This document shows, piece by piece, positions 48,756-58,678 of a DNA stretch of 64,000 nt. The notes beneath the pieces are model-generated. The model had not been told where the DNA came from, ran no database searches, and saw only the letters and a list, made by a program, of their open reading frames with translations. The stretch comes from Candidatus Bathyarchaeia archaeon (lineage in GTDB: Archaea > Thermoproteota > Bathyarchaeia > 40CM-2-53-6). Location of the stretch: the NCBI GenBank assembly GCA_049517415.1, contig JBEKSC010000009.1, forward strand, positions 1-64,000. The letters are read 5' to 3'. Every line of letters begins with the position of its first letter. The stretch's first letter is position 1. Position numbers and translations under genes: made by a program.

Positions 48756-48871
48756 GGGCCGGTAGTTCAGCCTGGTATGCCAAGTGTTCGCTGGGCCAAA
48801 GAACGTCCGGTTTGCAAGTTCTTCACCAAGCTTCCGGAAGGTCGCGGGTCCGAATCCCGCCCGGTCCACCA
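48756..48871 (+). tRNA. tRNA-Ala(TGC) with introns at 21/22 (48779-48800) and 37/38 (48817-48832)
   Basis: GGGCCGG/CCGGTCC with G3:U70, encoded CCA, BHB helices TGGT/GCCA and TTTG/CAAG. Confidence 0.93.
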
Positions 48872-49075
48872 ATTTTAAGCCTTGCTTTTCCCGAGTTCTG
48901 ACCGTTTCTTGCCCGAACGGTTCGGATTTGGGCCAGTTGGTTTTTCGGTGCTACGAGATTTCCTAATGGGTAGAAGCCCGCATAATTCTTTGATTCCAGT
49001 CCCGAGGAGCCAATTATCATCATTCAAATGTCTCAAGCAGTAAATCTACTACTGCAAAATCAATTTAACAAGTTG

Positions 49076-50335
49076 CTATGAATCCAACTTCGTCCTTGCA
49101 ATTGTACTATTAATGCTCTTTCTCGTCGTATCCCATCCAAACTTACGCAGCATCAAAAGGAATACGTTCAGACGCGTTCCATCGGGAGATAACTTCTCGT
49201 AGGAACCGCCATCTTTCGATGGAAAACCTCTAACGATGAGACTGGCCAGGTGGGCCGGTTCCAAGGGAATTAGTCCAAGTCTGTTAGATTCCTTACTGTC
49301 CTCAGAAAAGGGCCAATTGGATTTGACGTCAGCGGAGGTCAGATGGGTGTCGTGATGAGCATGGACAGAGAATTCCAAATCATCATATTCTCCAGCAAAA
49401 GCCGCCATTTTTATCCTCTTTCTAGAGGCAGCTATTCCAAGCTCTTCTCTTAGACCGCGAACCGCCGCGGCCTCAAAGTCCTTATCAGCACCTCCTCGAT
49501 ATGAAATATCTCCATTCATAGATTCGTCAGTTGACATGCTCCACTTGTTACCGTAAAACTCTGTTCGAGCGGATCGACGTAAGAGTACAAGCTTCTTGTC
49601 CGAGGTGGTTACACTCACATGCACGCCTACCCCTCCACCAACGAAGATGTTTCGGTAAGATCGAACCTTATTCGACCGCTTGAGAACGTGATTCCTGAAG
49701 TTTACCGGCACCCCATTTACTTCGACATGGTCCGCTTCCAGTGCATTACGGATCGCGAGAATTACACTAAATTTAACGCGTCCCAATCTAATCTTCGGGG
49801 GATTCGAAGGATCGAAGGAATCAAGTATCGGAGGAGGGTCCATTCGGTCGACGTAGAGCTTATCGCGATCTGGGCTTGGTTTCCCGTCGAGGACACGCAT
49901 TCCGCCCTTAAATTTCACCATGCCCACCTCGTTCCGCTCACTGACTCTACCGTACTTGTCCGCAAGTTCATTCAGATTCGCCTCTGTAAGGCCAAATAAT
50001 TTTGCAAATCTCCTGCGTCCATTACCCGCGTCAATCGACTCATCGACCGCGACGTCATAATGGGGGGTCTTCTCATAGATGAAATGGCAGTCGGGGAAGA
50101 CTGCATGTTCATCAATCGCTATCGTGTCACTCCACTTGGATTCCGGAGCTTGTCGATTCAAGAACATCATTAAATCAGATGATGCCTGCAGGCGTGCCTT
50201 ACGCAAAAGCGAAACCAACTCCACATCTCCGGCAGACGAGCGGGTCAGAGGTTTGGATCCTCGCGTCCTCCTCTGTTCTCTAGGCCGATTGCTCCAAAAG
50301 CGTCTAAGGCCCTTCCAAGTAGAACTCAAAGGCAA
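49076..50335 (-). CDS. Protein with C-terminal divergent NUDIX-like domain
   Basis: GVHV.V.T.D.KLVLLRRS..W..S.DE..AAVRGLREELGI. Confidence 0.7.
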   Translation of the reverse strand: MPLSSTWKGLRRFWSNRPREQRRTRGSKPLTRSSAGDVELVSLLRKARLQASSDLMMFLNRQAPESKWSDTIAIDEHAVFPDCHFIYEKTPHYDVAVDESIDAGNGRRRFAKLFGLTEANLNELADKYGRVSERNEVGMVKFKGGMRVLDGKPSPDRDKLYVDRMDPPPILDSFDPSNPPKIRLGRVKFSVILAIRNALEADHVEVNGVPVNFRNHVLKRSNKVRSYRNIFVGGGVGVHVSVTTSDKKLVLLRRSARTEFYGNKWSMSTDESMNGDISYRGGADKDFEAAAVRGLREELGIAASRKRIKMAAFAGEYDDLEFSVHAHHDTHLTSADVKSNWPFSEDSKESNRLGLIPLEPAHLASLIVRGFPSKDGGSYEKLSPDGTRLNVFLLMLRKFGWDTTRKSINSTIARTKLDS

Positions 50336-50485
50336 TACGAGGCATCAATCTGAAAGAATCACCTTATTATGTTTGATTTTTCATCTCTCAGGATTGTTCC
50401 CTGTCTCACTGAGCTGAGCTATTGTTCTGCGCGAAAACGCGCAAGTTAAAGCTACATTGGCCGTTCACCTAGGTGGAAATCCATC

Positions 50486-50803
50486 TTGCCGAGACTAACC
50501 GAACGAGCCCTCTCACCAATCGTGAATGCCTCAAGGCCCGCCCTCCTTGCAGGGTTAAGCTTAACAGCCATCCAACTCGCGCAACGGAGCTTAGTACTAA
50601 GGTCTGCGCTTGTAGCCTCAACGATCTTCTACATGATAAGTTCAATCTCTTTATTCTTTTATGACGTGACACCGGAAGAGAGATCGCACAAACAAACGAC
50701 GTTCAAGTCTTGGCTAACATTTCTTTGGCATGCAGCCAGTGTGACTTTCTTCTTGGGTTTGTTGCTAACGGTAGTCTCCGCCTTTCTCCTAATTCTAGTA
50801 TAA
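50486..50803 (+). CDS. Small 3-TM membrane protein
   Basis: Three hydrophobic segments. Confidence 0.55.
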   Translation: MPRLTERALSPIVNASRPALLAGLSLTAIQLAQRSLVLRSALVASTIFYMISSISLFFYDVTPEERSHKQTTFKSWLTFLWHAASVTFFLGLLLTVVSAFLLILV

Positions 50804-50878
50804 CCGCTTTCCTCCTCAGATATGGGGTAATTCTAATTCAGCACTATCTTAGGTGATGAAGTAGTTGGGAACCGTAGA

Positions 50879-52714
50879 CTAGACGAAATCTGAGAGCTTG
50901 GTTGAATTCATTTTCAATTTAATGCGCATGGGTTCGAATGCTTGTGAGAGTGAGGCGTGTAGACTGAGGACGTAGTCATCGACGTCGATCTCGTTCGAGT
51001 TTGCTTGTGAGGTTGGTTTGACGGTGAATTGCCTTCCCTGTAACCTGAACGGGAGCACCTTCACAAATCCAATCGTGTCCCCACGATCGGGCCGCCTTCC
51101 CTGCCGCTCGAGCAGCCAAGCCGCTTGGTAGGGCTGCGCAAGTCTCTTCGACCGTACCTTCTCCGCTGGCTCTTCCCTAAGTTCAACTCGATATTCTAAG
51201 CCACCCAGACTCACGGATCTGCTACGAAGCCGGTGAGTCGCTTCGGCAACTATGTCGGTCAGCTGCTGTTTGGCAGTTTCGAATTCGGTGGGTGAGCGAC
51301 GTCCTTCGGCCAGTTGAGTTAGGCATTGTTGGAAGGTTTCCTGGAAGAATCGTGGTGAGTTGGATTTGGCGATGGCTAAACCTTTGATTTCTGGTTCTCC
51401 GTTGGGTAGGATACCGAAGTAGGCTTTGATAGTGCTGAGAACACAGACCGAATAGACGCGATCATAAGCCAATTGAAGTCTGAACTTGCTACCAACCTCT
51501 TGAATGAGCTTCCACGTCTCCTCCTCAGTTGGGTTGTCTAGGAATAGCGAATCCGTGTCGCTGTACTTCGGTCTGAGATCCATCCTCTTCGCCAAATCCC
51601 ATGTGGATTGAAGGACGTATCTTCCGTAAGCTGTGATCGCCTCGCCCAGAAGTGGACTGGCTAAGCCATGAATTCGAATTGTAACTCCGTAACAGGAGAC
51701 GAGAAATAGCTTCAAAATTCGCGATGCGGCCACAACGTTACCCTCCGTCTCATCTGCTGTTTTCGTCTGGGGTTTGTAGACCTGTAGACGCAGATCACGG
51801 AGAGCGCCTACGAGAACGGAGTAGATTCCGCGTCTTTTCGTGCAAACGTGTAACTGTGGTTGGCCGGGCACCCGGTTACTTCGACATTCTGGGTGGGGGC
51901 ATTGGATAGTCTCGTATGAGAGGTTGAATACGTCTATACAACCCGGGTAAAGAGATTCGAAATCCAGGACGTGCATGTTGAAGTAAGTACCCGGCTCCGG
52001 CCCGATTGCTAAGGCACCCGTTACCTGCTTTCTCGTGTCTCCGAGGTTGAGTTCTTCAGGGTTGGGAATGAGGATGTTATGGGAGCGGTAGTAGGTGTTG
52101 AGCATTGAACGTATCCAGTCGGAGACGGAATAGTTTCTGTATGTTCGGTTTATGGGGAGGTTCGCTAAGCGGCTGAGGAGAAAGGCATTATAGTAATCTT
52201 CCTCAGAGCCAACTCCACGGATATCGAGTTTCTCTTCAGGAATCTTGGGTACGGGCTGGCTGACGTAGGCGTATGCCTCCTGCAGCGAAGCATACTTGAG
52301 TCGGTCGCTTCGGCTGATTCTTCCGAACAATTTCTCAAAGCGAGAACCATCCTCGCCGCCTAAGGAGGCATCAGGAACCCAACCGTTTTCGCTGAAACGG
52401 TGAAGGATGCCGAACCGCAGTCCCTTATCATACGCGTAGCTGAGCGCCGGATCAATGTCCAGCTCCCAAGCTTTCGTGTCCTTCGAAGGTTTCCCTGTGT
52501 AGGTGACCTTGTTTAGTGTCAACTCGTTTCCCGTGAAGAGGTCAATTTTCTTGACGGGTTCGCCCTGTTTCTGTGTAGTGAGGTAGTATGGTTGAAAATC
52601 TCTTTCAATCCATTCAATCGATTCCAAGCCGGGCGATGTGATCAGCCTGAGAGTGACTAACCCCGTCTTGTAGGTGGCTCCTACAAGCCACGCAGATTGA
52701 CCCTCGGGAATCAA
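50879..52714 (-). CDS. Family B DNA polymerase (PolB1-derived) lacking the 3'-5' exonuclease domain
   Basis: DFESLYP, KLFLVSCYG, YSDTDS, NLSYET.CPH.EC, PIP-like TKLSDFV; only 611 aa. Confidence 0.9.
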   Translation of the reverse strand: MIPEGQSAWLVGATYKTGLVTLRLITSPGLESIEWIERDFQPYYLTTQKQGEPVKKIDLFTGNELTLNKVTYTGKPSKDTKAWELDIDPALSYAYDKGLRFGILHRFSENGWVPDASLGGEDGSRFEKLFGRISRSDRLKYASLQEAYAYVSQPVPKIPEEKLDIRGVGSEEDYYNAFLLSRLANLPINRTYRNYSVSDWIRSMLNTYYRSHNILIPNPEELNLGDTRKQVTGALAIGPEPGTYFNMHVLDFESLYPGCIDVFNLSYETIQCPHPECRSNRVPGQPQLHVCTKRRGIYSVLVGALRDLRLQVYKPQTKTADETEGNVVAASRILKLFLVSCYGVTIRIHGLASPLLGEAITAYGRYVLQSTWDLAKRMDLRPKYSDTDSLFLDNPTEEETWKLIQEVGSKFRLQLAYDRVYSVCVLSTIKAYFGILPNGEPEIKGLAIAKSNSPRFFQETFQQCLTQLAEGRRSPTEFETAKQQLTDIVAEATHRLRSRSVSLGGLEYRVELREEPAEKVRSKRLAQPYQAAWLLERQGRRPDRGDTIGFVKVLPFRLQGRQFTVKPTSQANSNEIDVDDYVLSLHASLSQAFEPMRIKLKMNSTKLSDFV

Positions 52715-52807
52715 GAGCGCACCTGGCTTCTAGTCTGACGAGTAATCGGTTCTCTTTAGGCTTGGAGGAAGCGACGTTCCACGCCGGAATAGTTGGAGAT
52801 TGTGACT

Positions 52808-53056
52808 TCAAAAGTCTGAGGGGAGGGATTCTTCATACGTTTCTACCATTAGGCCACCGCAATATCGGCCGCTTTCAGCTGTGAATACGATTGGAATTCT
52901 ATCGATGATCTTCTCGTTGGGGTGGTTCTTAATCCAATCCCGTATCTTCTGGTCGACTTCCAACCAGATGCGCCCGCAGATTATGACTCCAACTCGTTTC
53001 CTAGCCTTAGCTTGCATATTTTGACCATCAGAGCGAATGGGGTGAATTTTCGTCAA
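52808..53056 (-). CDS. Hypothetical protein
   Basis: Start overlaps the upstream stop. Confidence 0.45.
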   Translation of the reverse strand: MTKIHPIRSDGQNMQAKARKRVGVIICGRIWLEVDQKIRDWIKNHPNEKIIDRIPIVFTAESGRYCGGLMVETYEESLPSDF

Positions 53057-53580
53057 TCATATGGTCTGGGACCTCCGGCAAAAGCGCGCTGTCTTTCTCT
53101 CTTCCGCAAAATTGCCACATCGCGAGGCTCAGGTTTAGGGGGGACGGCTGCGGGTCTCTTGTAGCCGGCGCGTTGCACCTTCATGAGTTCATCGGCTGTG
53201 ATGAAACCTGTCTCCTGCTGCTTCCACTGTATCGCGCGCATTTCACCCATGTCAAAGTCCGGGAGCCGGACGCGGAACACAAGCTCATCTGCCCTTCCTT
53301 CAATTTCCAACCCCAAGAGATCATAGTCGTCTGAGAGGGACAGAAAGCGGCGAATTATCTTAACCCGGTCTGATGGCAAGGCAACTTCCTTGGATTCTAC
53401 CTCCGCTTGGTCGCACCATTGGCAGATCCACGTGACATTCCTTATCAGAACGCTAGGAACCTTGAGTTTCTCGGGAGTGGAGTAGCGGCAGCCGCAGGAA
53501 ATCTGTGGAGTTCTGGCCTTACAGGCTCTACACCATCGCTCCGTGCGGATAGTGTAGTTACTGCTTCCACTGAATGGCAT
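53053..53580 (-). CDS. Zn-ribbon hypothetical protein
   Basis: CRAC..CQWC; overlapping operon structure. Confidence 0.6.
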   Translation of the reverse strand: MPFSGSSNYTIRTERWCRACKARTPQISCGCRYSTPEKLKVPSVLIRNVTWICQWCDQAEVESKEVALPSDRVKIIRRFLSLSDDYDLLGLEIEGRADELVFRVRLPDFDMGEMRAIQWKQQETGFITADELMKVQRAGYKRPAAVPPKPEPRDVAILRKRERQRAFAGGPRPYD

Positions 53581-53959
53581 AGTAGTCTCTCATCTTAGGC
53601 TTAAGTTGCATAGGTTCCTCACTTCTCGGTACGAGTTCGCCGCTCTTCACCGAGTATCTTTCATGACACCACTCGCAGGTAAGAAAGACATCGAGTGGTC
53701 CACCACAATGAGGACAACGCCGGTTCCGGACCGTGTCGATTTCTGCCTGGTGCATAACGATGCGTTCGGCGACTGGGTCCGGCTCGGTCTTCAGCTCCTT
53801 TAGCCTGCCCTCTCTGAATCGAAACTCACGTTTGCATGAGTCGCAGCGGAAGCCCAACTCATCAACATCGCGGCCTTGAAGTAACCGCTTACTTCGGTTT
53901 ATCCAAACCAATGGCTTGTGGCAATCGAGGCAATCGGTCGAGTTAGAGTCAATTTCCAA
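53558..53959 (-). CDS. Double Zn-ribbon protein
   Basis: Four CxxC pairs. Confidence 0.65.
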   Translation of the reverse strand: MEIDSNSTDCLDCHKPLVWINRSKRLLQGRDVDELGFRCDSCKREFRFREGRLKELKTEPDPVAERIVMHQAEIDTVRNRRCPHCGGPLDVFLTCEWCHERYSVKSGELVPRSEEPMQLKPKMRDYYAIQWKQ

Positions 53960-54254
53960 ATATGTTGCAACTCAGCGCCGCAAATACAGTGGGTCGACCC
54001 GTAACGGCACAAGCTCATCATTCTCTAGTTCAAACCAGAGGTTGCATTGGTCACAACGTTTCAAGGGATAGTTCTCTTGGCCTAGAAGTTCAATTTGACA
54101 GGACGGACATTTCAAACCAGATCACAATATTTGCCGTAAACAATGCTACCGGATAAACTCAGAAATCACTGCAAGGCTAGGAGTCAGTGATTAATGAAAA
54201 TGAAATCGGGACTAACAGAGTGAAGGATGAAACTGTAAACTCTTTGCAGCATAG

Positions 54255-54464
54255 TCATTCTTGGCTCGTCTCCTTCTCCAAGAGCCTTAATCTCGCACGT
54301 CTGAACTGTTGTTCGTCCAGTTTGTTGAAATATTCTGTTAGCGCTTGTCTTATAGCCTCAGGCTTTGATCCAACAAATCCTTTCTGGATTATCTCGTCCA
54401 GTCGCCTAGCCAATTCACCCGTGAGATCGAAATCTATTCTTGTACTATAACGGTCGTTCTGCAT
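54255..54464 (-). CDS. Ribbon-helix-helix (CopG-like) regulator
   Basis: RIDFDL..LARRLD..G...SK.EAIRQAL. Confidence 0.8.
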   Translation of the reverse strand: MQNDRYSTRIDFDLTGELARRLDEIIQKGFVGSKPEAIRQALTEYFNKLDEQQFRRARLRLLEKETSQE

Positions 54465-54891
54465 TCTCTACCTTCTCCGCTCTTGACTCACTTCCGAGAT
54501 TCGCATTCTGCCCAGCGTCAGGCCGCGAAATTCTCTCATCGTCGCCTTGACCAACCGCTCGACTCTGAATCATGGCTTCCCTTAACACGTCCGGGAGGCC
54601 GGCCGCCTGTTCTAGTTTCGTCACATTGAAAATAACAACGTATTCTTTTCTGCAGTGTTTTGTCAGCCACATTATCCTTCCGTCATTGTAAATCTTCATG
54701 TCGTTGACAATAGTGATGGGAAGACCGCACCAGATGCAGAAGACTCCGGCTGTGCTGTGAAGCTGATACTCAATTCCTGCAGAGCTGAGTTGCTTCTCGA
54801 CCTCGCGTTGAGTGGTGAAGTCTTTCGGTGCTATCGAGATTATACATGCAGGGCTTTTGGTAGGTCTATAATGCAGATTCTGCATTCTCAA
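54445..54891 (-). CDS. Hypothetical protein (CxxC..HC)
   Basis: Overlapping operon gene. Confidence 0.55.
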   Translation of the reverse strand: MRMQNLHYRPTKSPACIISIAPKDFTTQREVEKQLSSAGIEYQLHSTAGVFCIWCGLPITIVNDMKIYNDGRIMWLTKHCRKEYVVIFNVTKLEQAAGLPDVLREAMIQSRAVGQGDDERISRPDAGQNANLGSESRAEKVENAERPL

Positions 54892-55204
54892 CTTTCTGCT
54901 CCTTTTGGTCTACGTTCGTCTCGAGTGGTGTGGCATCTAACTCAGCAAGAAGCAAATCGCCATCGCTTGCAGGGGGCTCGTACGCTTCGTGAAGCTCTGA
55001 TTCCATGACCGCCTCGGACAGTATTCGAGCCTCAAGTTCGCCCTTTTCAATTGAGCGTGACAACGCTTCTCTGAGATTCCACAATAGTTCTGAGTCTTGT
55101 CGTGTTCCCTCCCAATCTGCTCCTTCGAATTCGCGCAGTTCCATAGAATGTTCTTTCAGTTCATTCATGCGGTCGCTTCGTTCCAATGATTTGCCCGTGA
55201 CCAT
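54866..55204 (-). CDS. Acidic hypothetical protein
   Basis: Glu-rich; ends in DLLLAELD, similar to its neighbour. Confidence 0.55.
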   Translation of the reverse strand: MVTGKSLERSDRMNELKEHSMELREFEGADWEGTRQDSELLWNLREALSRSIEKGELEARILSEAVMESELHEAYEPPASDGDLLLAELDATPLETNVDQKEQKVENAESAL

Positions 55205-55206
55205 TA

Positions 55207-55815
55207 TTATTCCCTCACCGGTTCGGCCTCGATATTCCTCTCTGGCTGAACTTCAAGCTGGTTAGAGTCTAATTCGACAAGCAGAAGCTCTAGGTCAGCG
55301 ACAGGAACGTCATATAGTTCTGGACCTTTGTCGATGATGGCCTGTTGCGAGACTTCCACCAAGGGTTCAGTTAGATCAATTTCAGGTTCTTTCTGCTCGA
55401 TTGTGGCTGGCCCCGTTTCCACAAATCGATTCGCTTCGAGGCCTACCTCTTGCAAGTTAGGTGGAGTCTCCGAAACGAGGTCTGTCTCAGTCTGAGATTC
55501 TTGCTTCTGGTCTGAGTCATTGCGAAGATACTTCTCCATAGCACGCCCAACAGCCTTCTCCATCAAAGCTTGATCCGGCTCAGGGCGATAGAACGTAGGC
55601 TGACGATAGCTTTCGGTAGATGGCCTTTCGATAACTTCGTAACGGGTTTCCGTCTTTGGAAGTTTTGCAGGTGATTCTTTTTCGTATCTAAAATCATGCG
55701 TTCGGAAATAGTTCCTCGGCCCTCCGTAGCCGCCTCCTCCAAGATTCGGAATGTAGGGTCGTCTCTTTGTATCGGATCTCCCAACTCGTTTACGTTTCCG
55801 CCTATAGTCTCCCAT
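55207..55815 (-). CDS. Hypothetical protein with basic N-terminus and acidic C-terminus
   Basis: RRKRKR..; ELLLVELD; abuts the ATPase stop. Confidence 0.6.
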   Translation of the reverse strand: MGDYRRKRKRVGRSDTKRRPYIPNLGGGGYGGPRNYFRTHDFRYEKESPAKLPKTETRYEVIERPSTESYRQPTFYRPEPDQALMEKAVGRAMEKYLRNDSDQKQESQTETDLVSETPPNLQEVGLEANRFVETGPATIEQKEPEIDLTEPLVEVSQQAIIDKGPELYDVPVADLELLLVELDSNQLEVQPERNIEAEPVRE

Positions 55816-57921
55816 TCACTGCACCTTCATTCCAGAATCGTCATGATTCGGGTTTGTTCCGCTAAATGACCGCTGATGTCCGACGCCCGACTGGCTATTT
55901 CTAGTACTATTTTCACGTAGGAATTCGCTTATTTTCTGTACAGTTACTTTCTCGATTGCGGGACGGGCGTTCAGGAACATTACTCCGTCCCGCAGACTTT
56001 CATCATCTTTAACAAGTATGACTAGGCTGTCAAGCTCGTCTATTCCCTCAACTTTTTCCTCAATATTTGTGGTTGTTAATTCTATTTCTATTCCAGTCTT
56101 ACTCTTGCCGTCGTAACAGTAGACGTCAAGCCTTCTCCCAGAAGCCAGCTTCTTCTCTATCGTCGCTTCGTAGCCTTTCTTTCTAAAAGAATAGGCGATA
56201 AGCACCTGGTAGAGTGAATGCTCGAATCCGACATTCCCGATTTTCTTCCATAGGCTCGAGTCGTAGCCGAAATCTCTGAGAAGATTCAGAGCGTCATCCG
56301 TCGGAAGTAGGAACTTCACAGGCCTGAATCTTCCCAACGGAATCTCTAAACTCACGATTAGGTGTCGGTTGGCTAGTTCTTGGATTGCCGATTCGATTCT
56401 TCTGCCAGAGACTTTCAGAGCGTAGCATCTAGATCTGATGCCAAGAAATGGATGCTGGCAAACGTTTGCGAGTACGCCCCACGCGTCTGCAGTTAGCTGA
56501 CTCTTGATTAGCCTCGGTACTTGCTCTGCATTCTGTACGCGGCCAATTGCTTCCTTTCGCTCTTCAATTTCGAGTTCAGGGAGCAATTTCCGCAACCTCT
56601 CAGCGACCGCTTGGTCAGAAATGTGCTTGTCGACCGGATAGTCAGCGGTGACAATCATGAAAGGCTCAGTGTACTGATCCGAGAGTTTGACTAGCCATTC
56701 TCCTCGCTTGAGCTTGTGGATTACGTCTCGTTCGTCATCGTCGAGGCCCATTGCTTCGGAGATTGAATTGATGTCGGTTCCGTTTCCTAAGTTGCCTACT
56801 ATTTTAACCAAAGTGTTTGCGTGTACGGAATTTGTCATCTTGTTTGGTTCTTGCGACGTTAAGATCAAAGCTGTCCCGAAATCCCTGAACTGGGTGGGGA
56901 ATAGATTGATTGTCGGCATTCCCATTTCTCTTGTAGTGTCTCTCCATTCCTTGTTGGCATCCCAGATTCTGTGTGCTTCATCGCAGATTATCACCTGTCT
57001 CAGTTGTTCGCCGCGGTGTTGCTCTGTCATTCGATAGGCGTAGAGCCACGTTAGCATGACCTCAATGAGCCAATTCTGCTCTTCAGCCCTCAGCTGATCG
57101 AGTTCAAAGACTACAAAACGGTCCACAAGGTCTTCGAGTTTCAGGCCGCTATTCGAATTCAGTACGCTGCCAAGAATGCTGCCCAGTGTGCGAGTGCGAT
57201 TGTACATAACGTCGTAGTACTCAAGCCGCTTCCGACTTGTCTCCTGACTAGCAACCATCAACCTATGCAAGTCCCCAAGCGTTGGAAAAACGCTAGTCTT
57301 TTGGTAATCTTCGTACAGCTGGTCCAGGTACTCAAGAAGATAATTGATTCCAGCGTGATAGACTCCCCAAGCGTGGCCACAGACTTCTGAAAACAGTTGC
57401 CACCATAGTTTCACGTCCATTTTTGGTGGCGGTCTCAAAGGATTCCAGCGCAATTTCTGCCATGGAATGACTGCCAATTGCTCATGACGCAAGAGGAGAG
57501 CACGGCCGTCTTGCTTAACATCAAAGAACCAGAAGCCGACGTTGTTCTTGATCAACTGGTCCGTGAGATTGTAGAGTAGAACGGATTTCCCGTGGCCAGA
57601 CTGGGCAAAGATCCCGACGTGTCTACATAGGTCAGACCTTCGTAATGCAAATTTCCCAACACGTTTGTTCCCTTGGACTACTGTGCCAAACAGAATTTCA
57701 CCGTTGAACTCTGGAGGTACGGGCAGATAGGAATTTTCTGAATCAAGCAACAGCTGCAGCCCAGGCCCAAGAATTGTTTCAACGTCTTGCCTGATGCTTT
57801 GTTTGTCTTCTTCGCTATCCGTTATGACGTACAAGTCCAGCAGCGTCTTCAGACTATCAGCGTTGACATGTTGCGAGAGTTTCTCGATCGTTTCTTTTGT
57901 TTCCTCAACCCATTCATCCAA
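55816..57921 (-). CDS. HerA/VirB4/FtsK-like P-loop ATPase fused to wHTH and a PD-(D/E)XK-like domain
   Basis: RHVGIFAQSGHGKS, FFDVK, ICDEAH, R.FG..SQ; C-terminal H..IE..RLDV..GIEIE. Confidence 0.85.
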   Translation of the reverse strand: MDEWVEETKETIEKLSQHVNADSLKTLLDLYVITDSEEDKQSIRQDVETILGPGLQLLLDSENSYLPVPPEFNGEILFGTVVQGNKRVGKFALRRSDLCRHVGIFAQSGHGKSVLLYNLTDQLIKNNVGFWFFDVKQDGRALLLRHEQLAVIPWQKLRWNPLRPPPKMDVKLWWQLFSEVCGHAWGVYHAGINYLLEYLDQLYEDYQKTSVFPTLGDLHRLMVASQETSRKRLEYYDVMYNRTRTLGSILGSVLNSNSGLKLEDLVDRFVVFELDQLRAEEQNWLIEVMLTWLYAYRMTEQHRGEQLRQVIICDEAHRIWDANKEWRDTTREMGMPTINLFPTQFRDFGTALILTSQEPNKMTNSVHANTLVKIVGNLGNGTDINSISEAMGLDDDERDVIHKLKRGEWLVKLSDQYTEPFMIVTADYPVDKHISDQAVAERLRKLLPELEIEERKEAIGRVQNAEQVPRLIKSQLTADAWGVLANVCQHPFLGIRSRCYALKVSGRRIESAIQELANRHLIVSLEIPLGRFRPVKFLLPTDDALNLLRDFGYDSSLWKKIGNVGFEHSLYQVLIAYSFRKKGYEATIEKKLASGRRLDVYCYDGKSKTGIEIELTTTNIEEKVEGIDELDSLVILVKDDESLRDGVMFLNARPAIEKVTVQKISEFLRENSTRNSQSGVGHQRSFSGTNPNHDDSGMKVQ

Positions 57922-57927
57922 TCATAA

Positions 57928-58131
57928 TCACTCCTTCACGAATATCTTGCCGCCAAGAACAACGAAGACCAGCATCAGCACGCCGAAGACGATAATGTAA
58001 GCGGCGCTGGGCATTCCCCACTCACTGAGCTTTGCGTAAGCCCACGATAGAATGCCGTACCAGATGATGAGAATCGACGTCAAGATCAAGCCAGAGACGA
58101 AAGCTGTCTTAAGTTCCATCGTTGTCTTCAC
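57928..58131 (-). CDS. Small 2-TM membrane protein
   Basis: Hydrophobic; coupled to the ATPase. Confidence 0.6.
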   Translation of the reverse strand: MKTTMELKTAFVSGLILTSILIIWYGILSWAYAKLSEWGMPSAAYIIVFGVLMLVFVVLGGKIFVKE

Positions 58132-58678
58132 CAGTCTCTTCTTCCAGCCTGTTCTTCACGTCGGCCACATCTTCGTCTGCATCGAAAATCTTGGAGTAGA
58201 CTGAGAGGACTCTGATTCCGTCGCCGGTGATTTTTCTTGAAAGGAACGATAGCATTCCAGATTCTGTGATGTACTTTAATTCTCTAAGAACCGCCAGAGA
58301 ACTTTTCACATCGTCCTTATCCAGTCGACATATTTTGGATATTTGCGGAACCGATTCGATTTCATTGTTAATGCAAAGGAGAATTTTAAATCCGTGACGA
58401 GTGAGAGGCGCGACCAGCGCTAGATGTGGCCTGCAATAGGGCACTCCGTCCACCTTCGTGGAACATCCCGTACAAAGTTTTGATCCACACGTTCGACACA
58501 GAAGGAAGTTCTCCAGCGGATATTTACCGCAAAAGTCGCATGCCATCAAGAAGGTAGTTCGATTAATTTTTCCAGCATTAGTTTCTATCTTCTTGCCTCC
58601 GAGGAGACCACGGTTCTCGATCACTGCGTGTTCTTCGAATGACGTGTCAGACAAAATCATCATCCGCGCAGAATTCAT
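58109..58678 (-). CDS. B-box/Zn-finger plus winged-helix protein
   Basis: CDFC..CRTC..CTGC..CRPH then a wHTH-like segment (ITGDG). Confidence 0.7.
   Translation of the reverse strand: MNSARMMILSDTSFEEHAVIENRGLLGGKKIETNAGKINRTTFLMACDFCGKYPLENFLLCRTCGSKLCTGCSTKVDGVPYCRPHLALVAPLTRHGFKILLCINNEIESVPQISKICRLDKDDVKSSLAVLRELKYITESGMLSFLSRKITGDGIRVLSVYSKIFDADEDVADVKNRLEEETGEDNDGT

Noticed and set aside
17672..52714. A casposon made of the Cas1 fragment and the PolB
   Set aside because: They are 33 kb apart, separated by housekeeping genes and tRNAs; the PolB is PolB1-like and no terminal inverted repeats were found.
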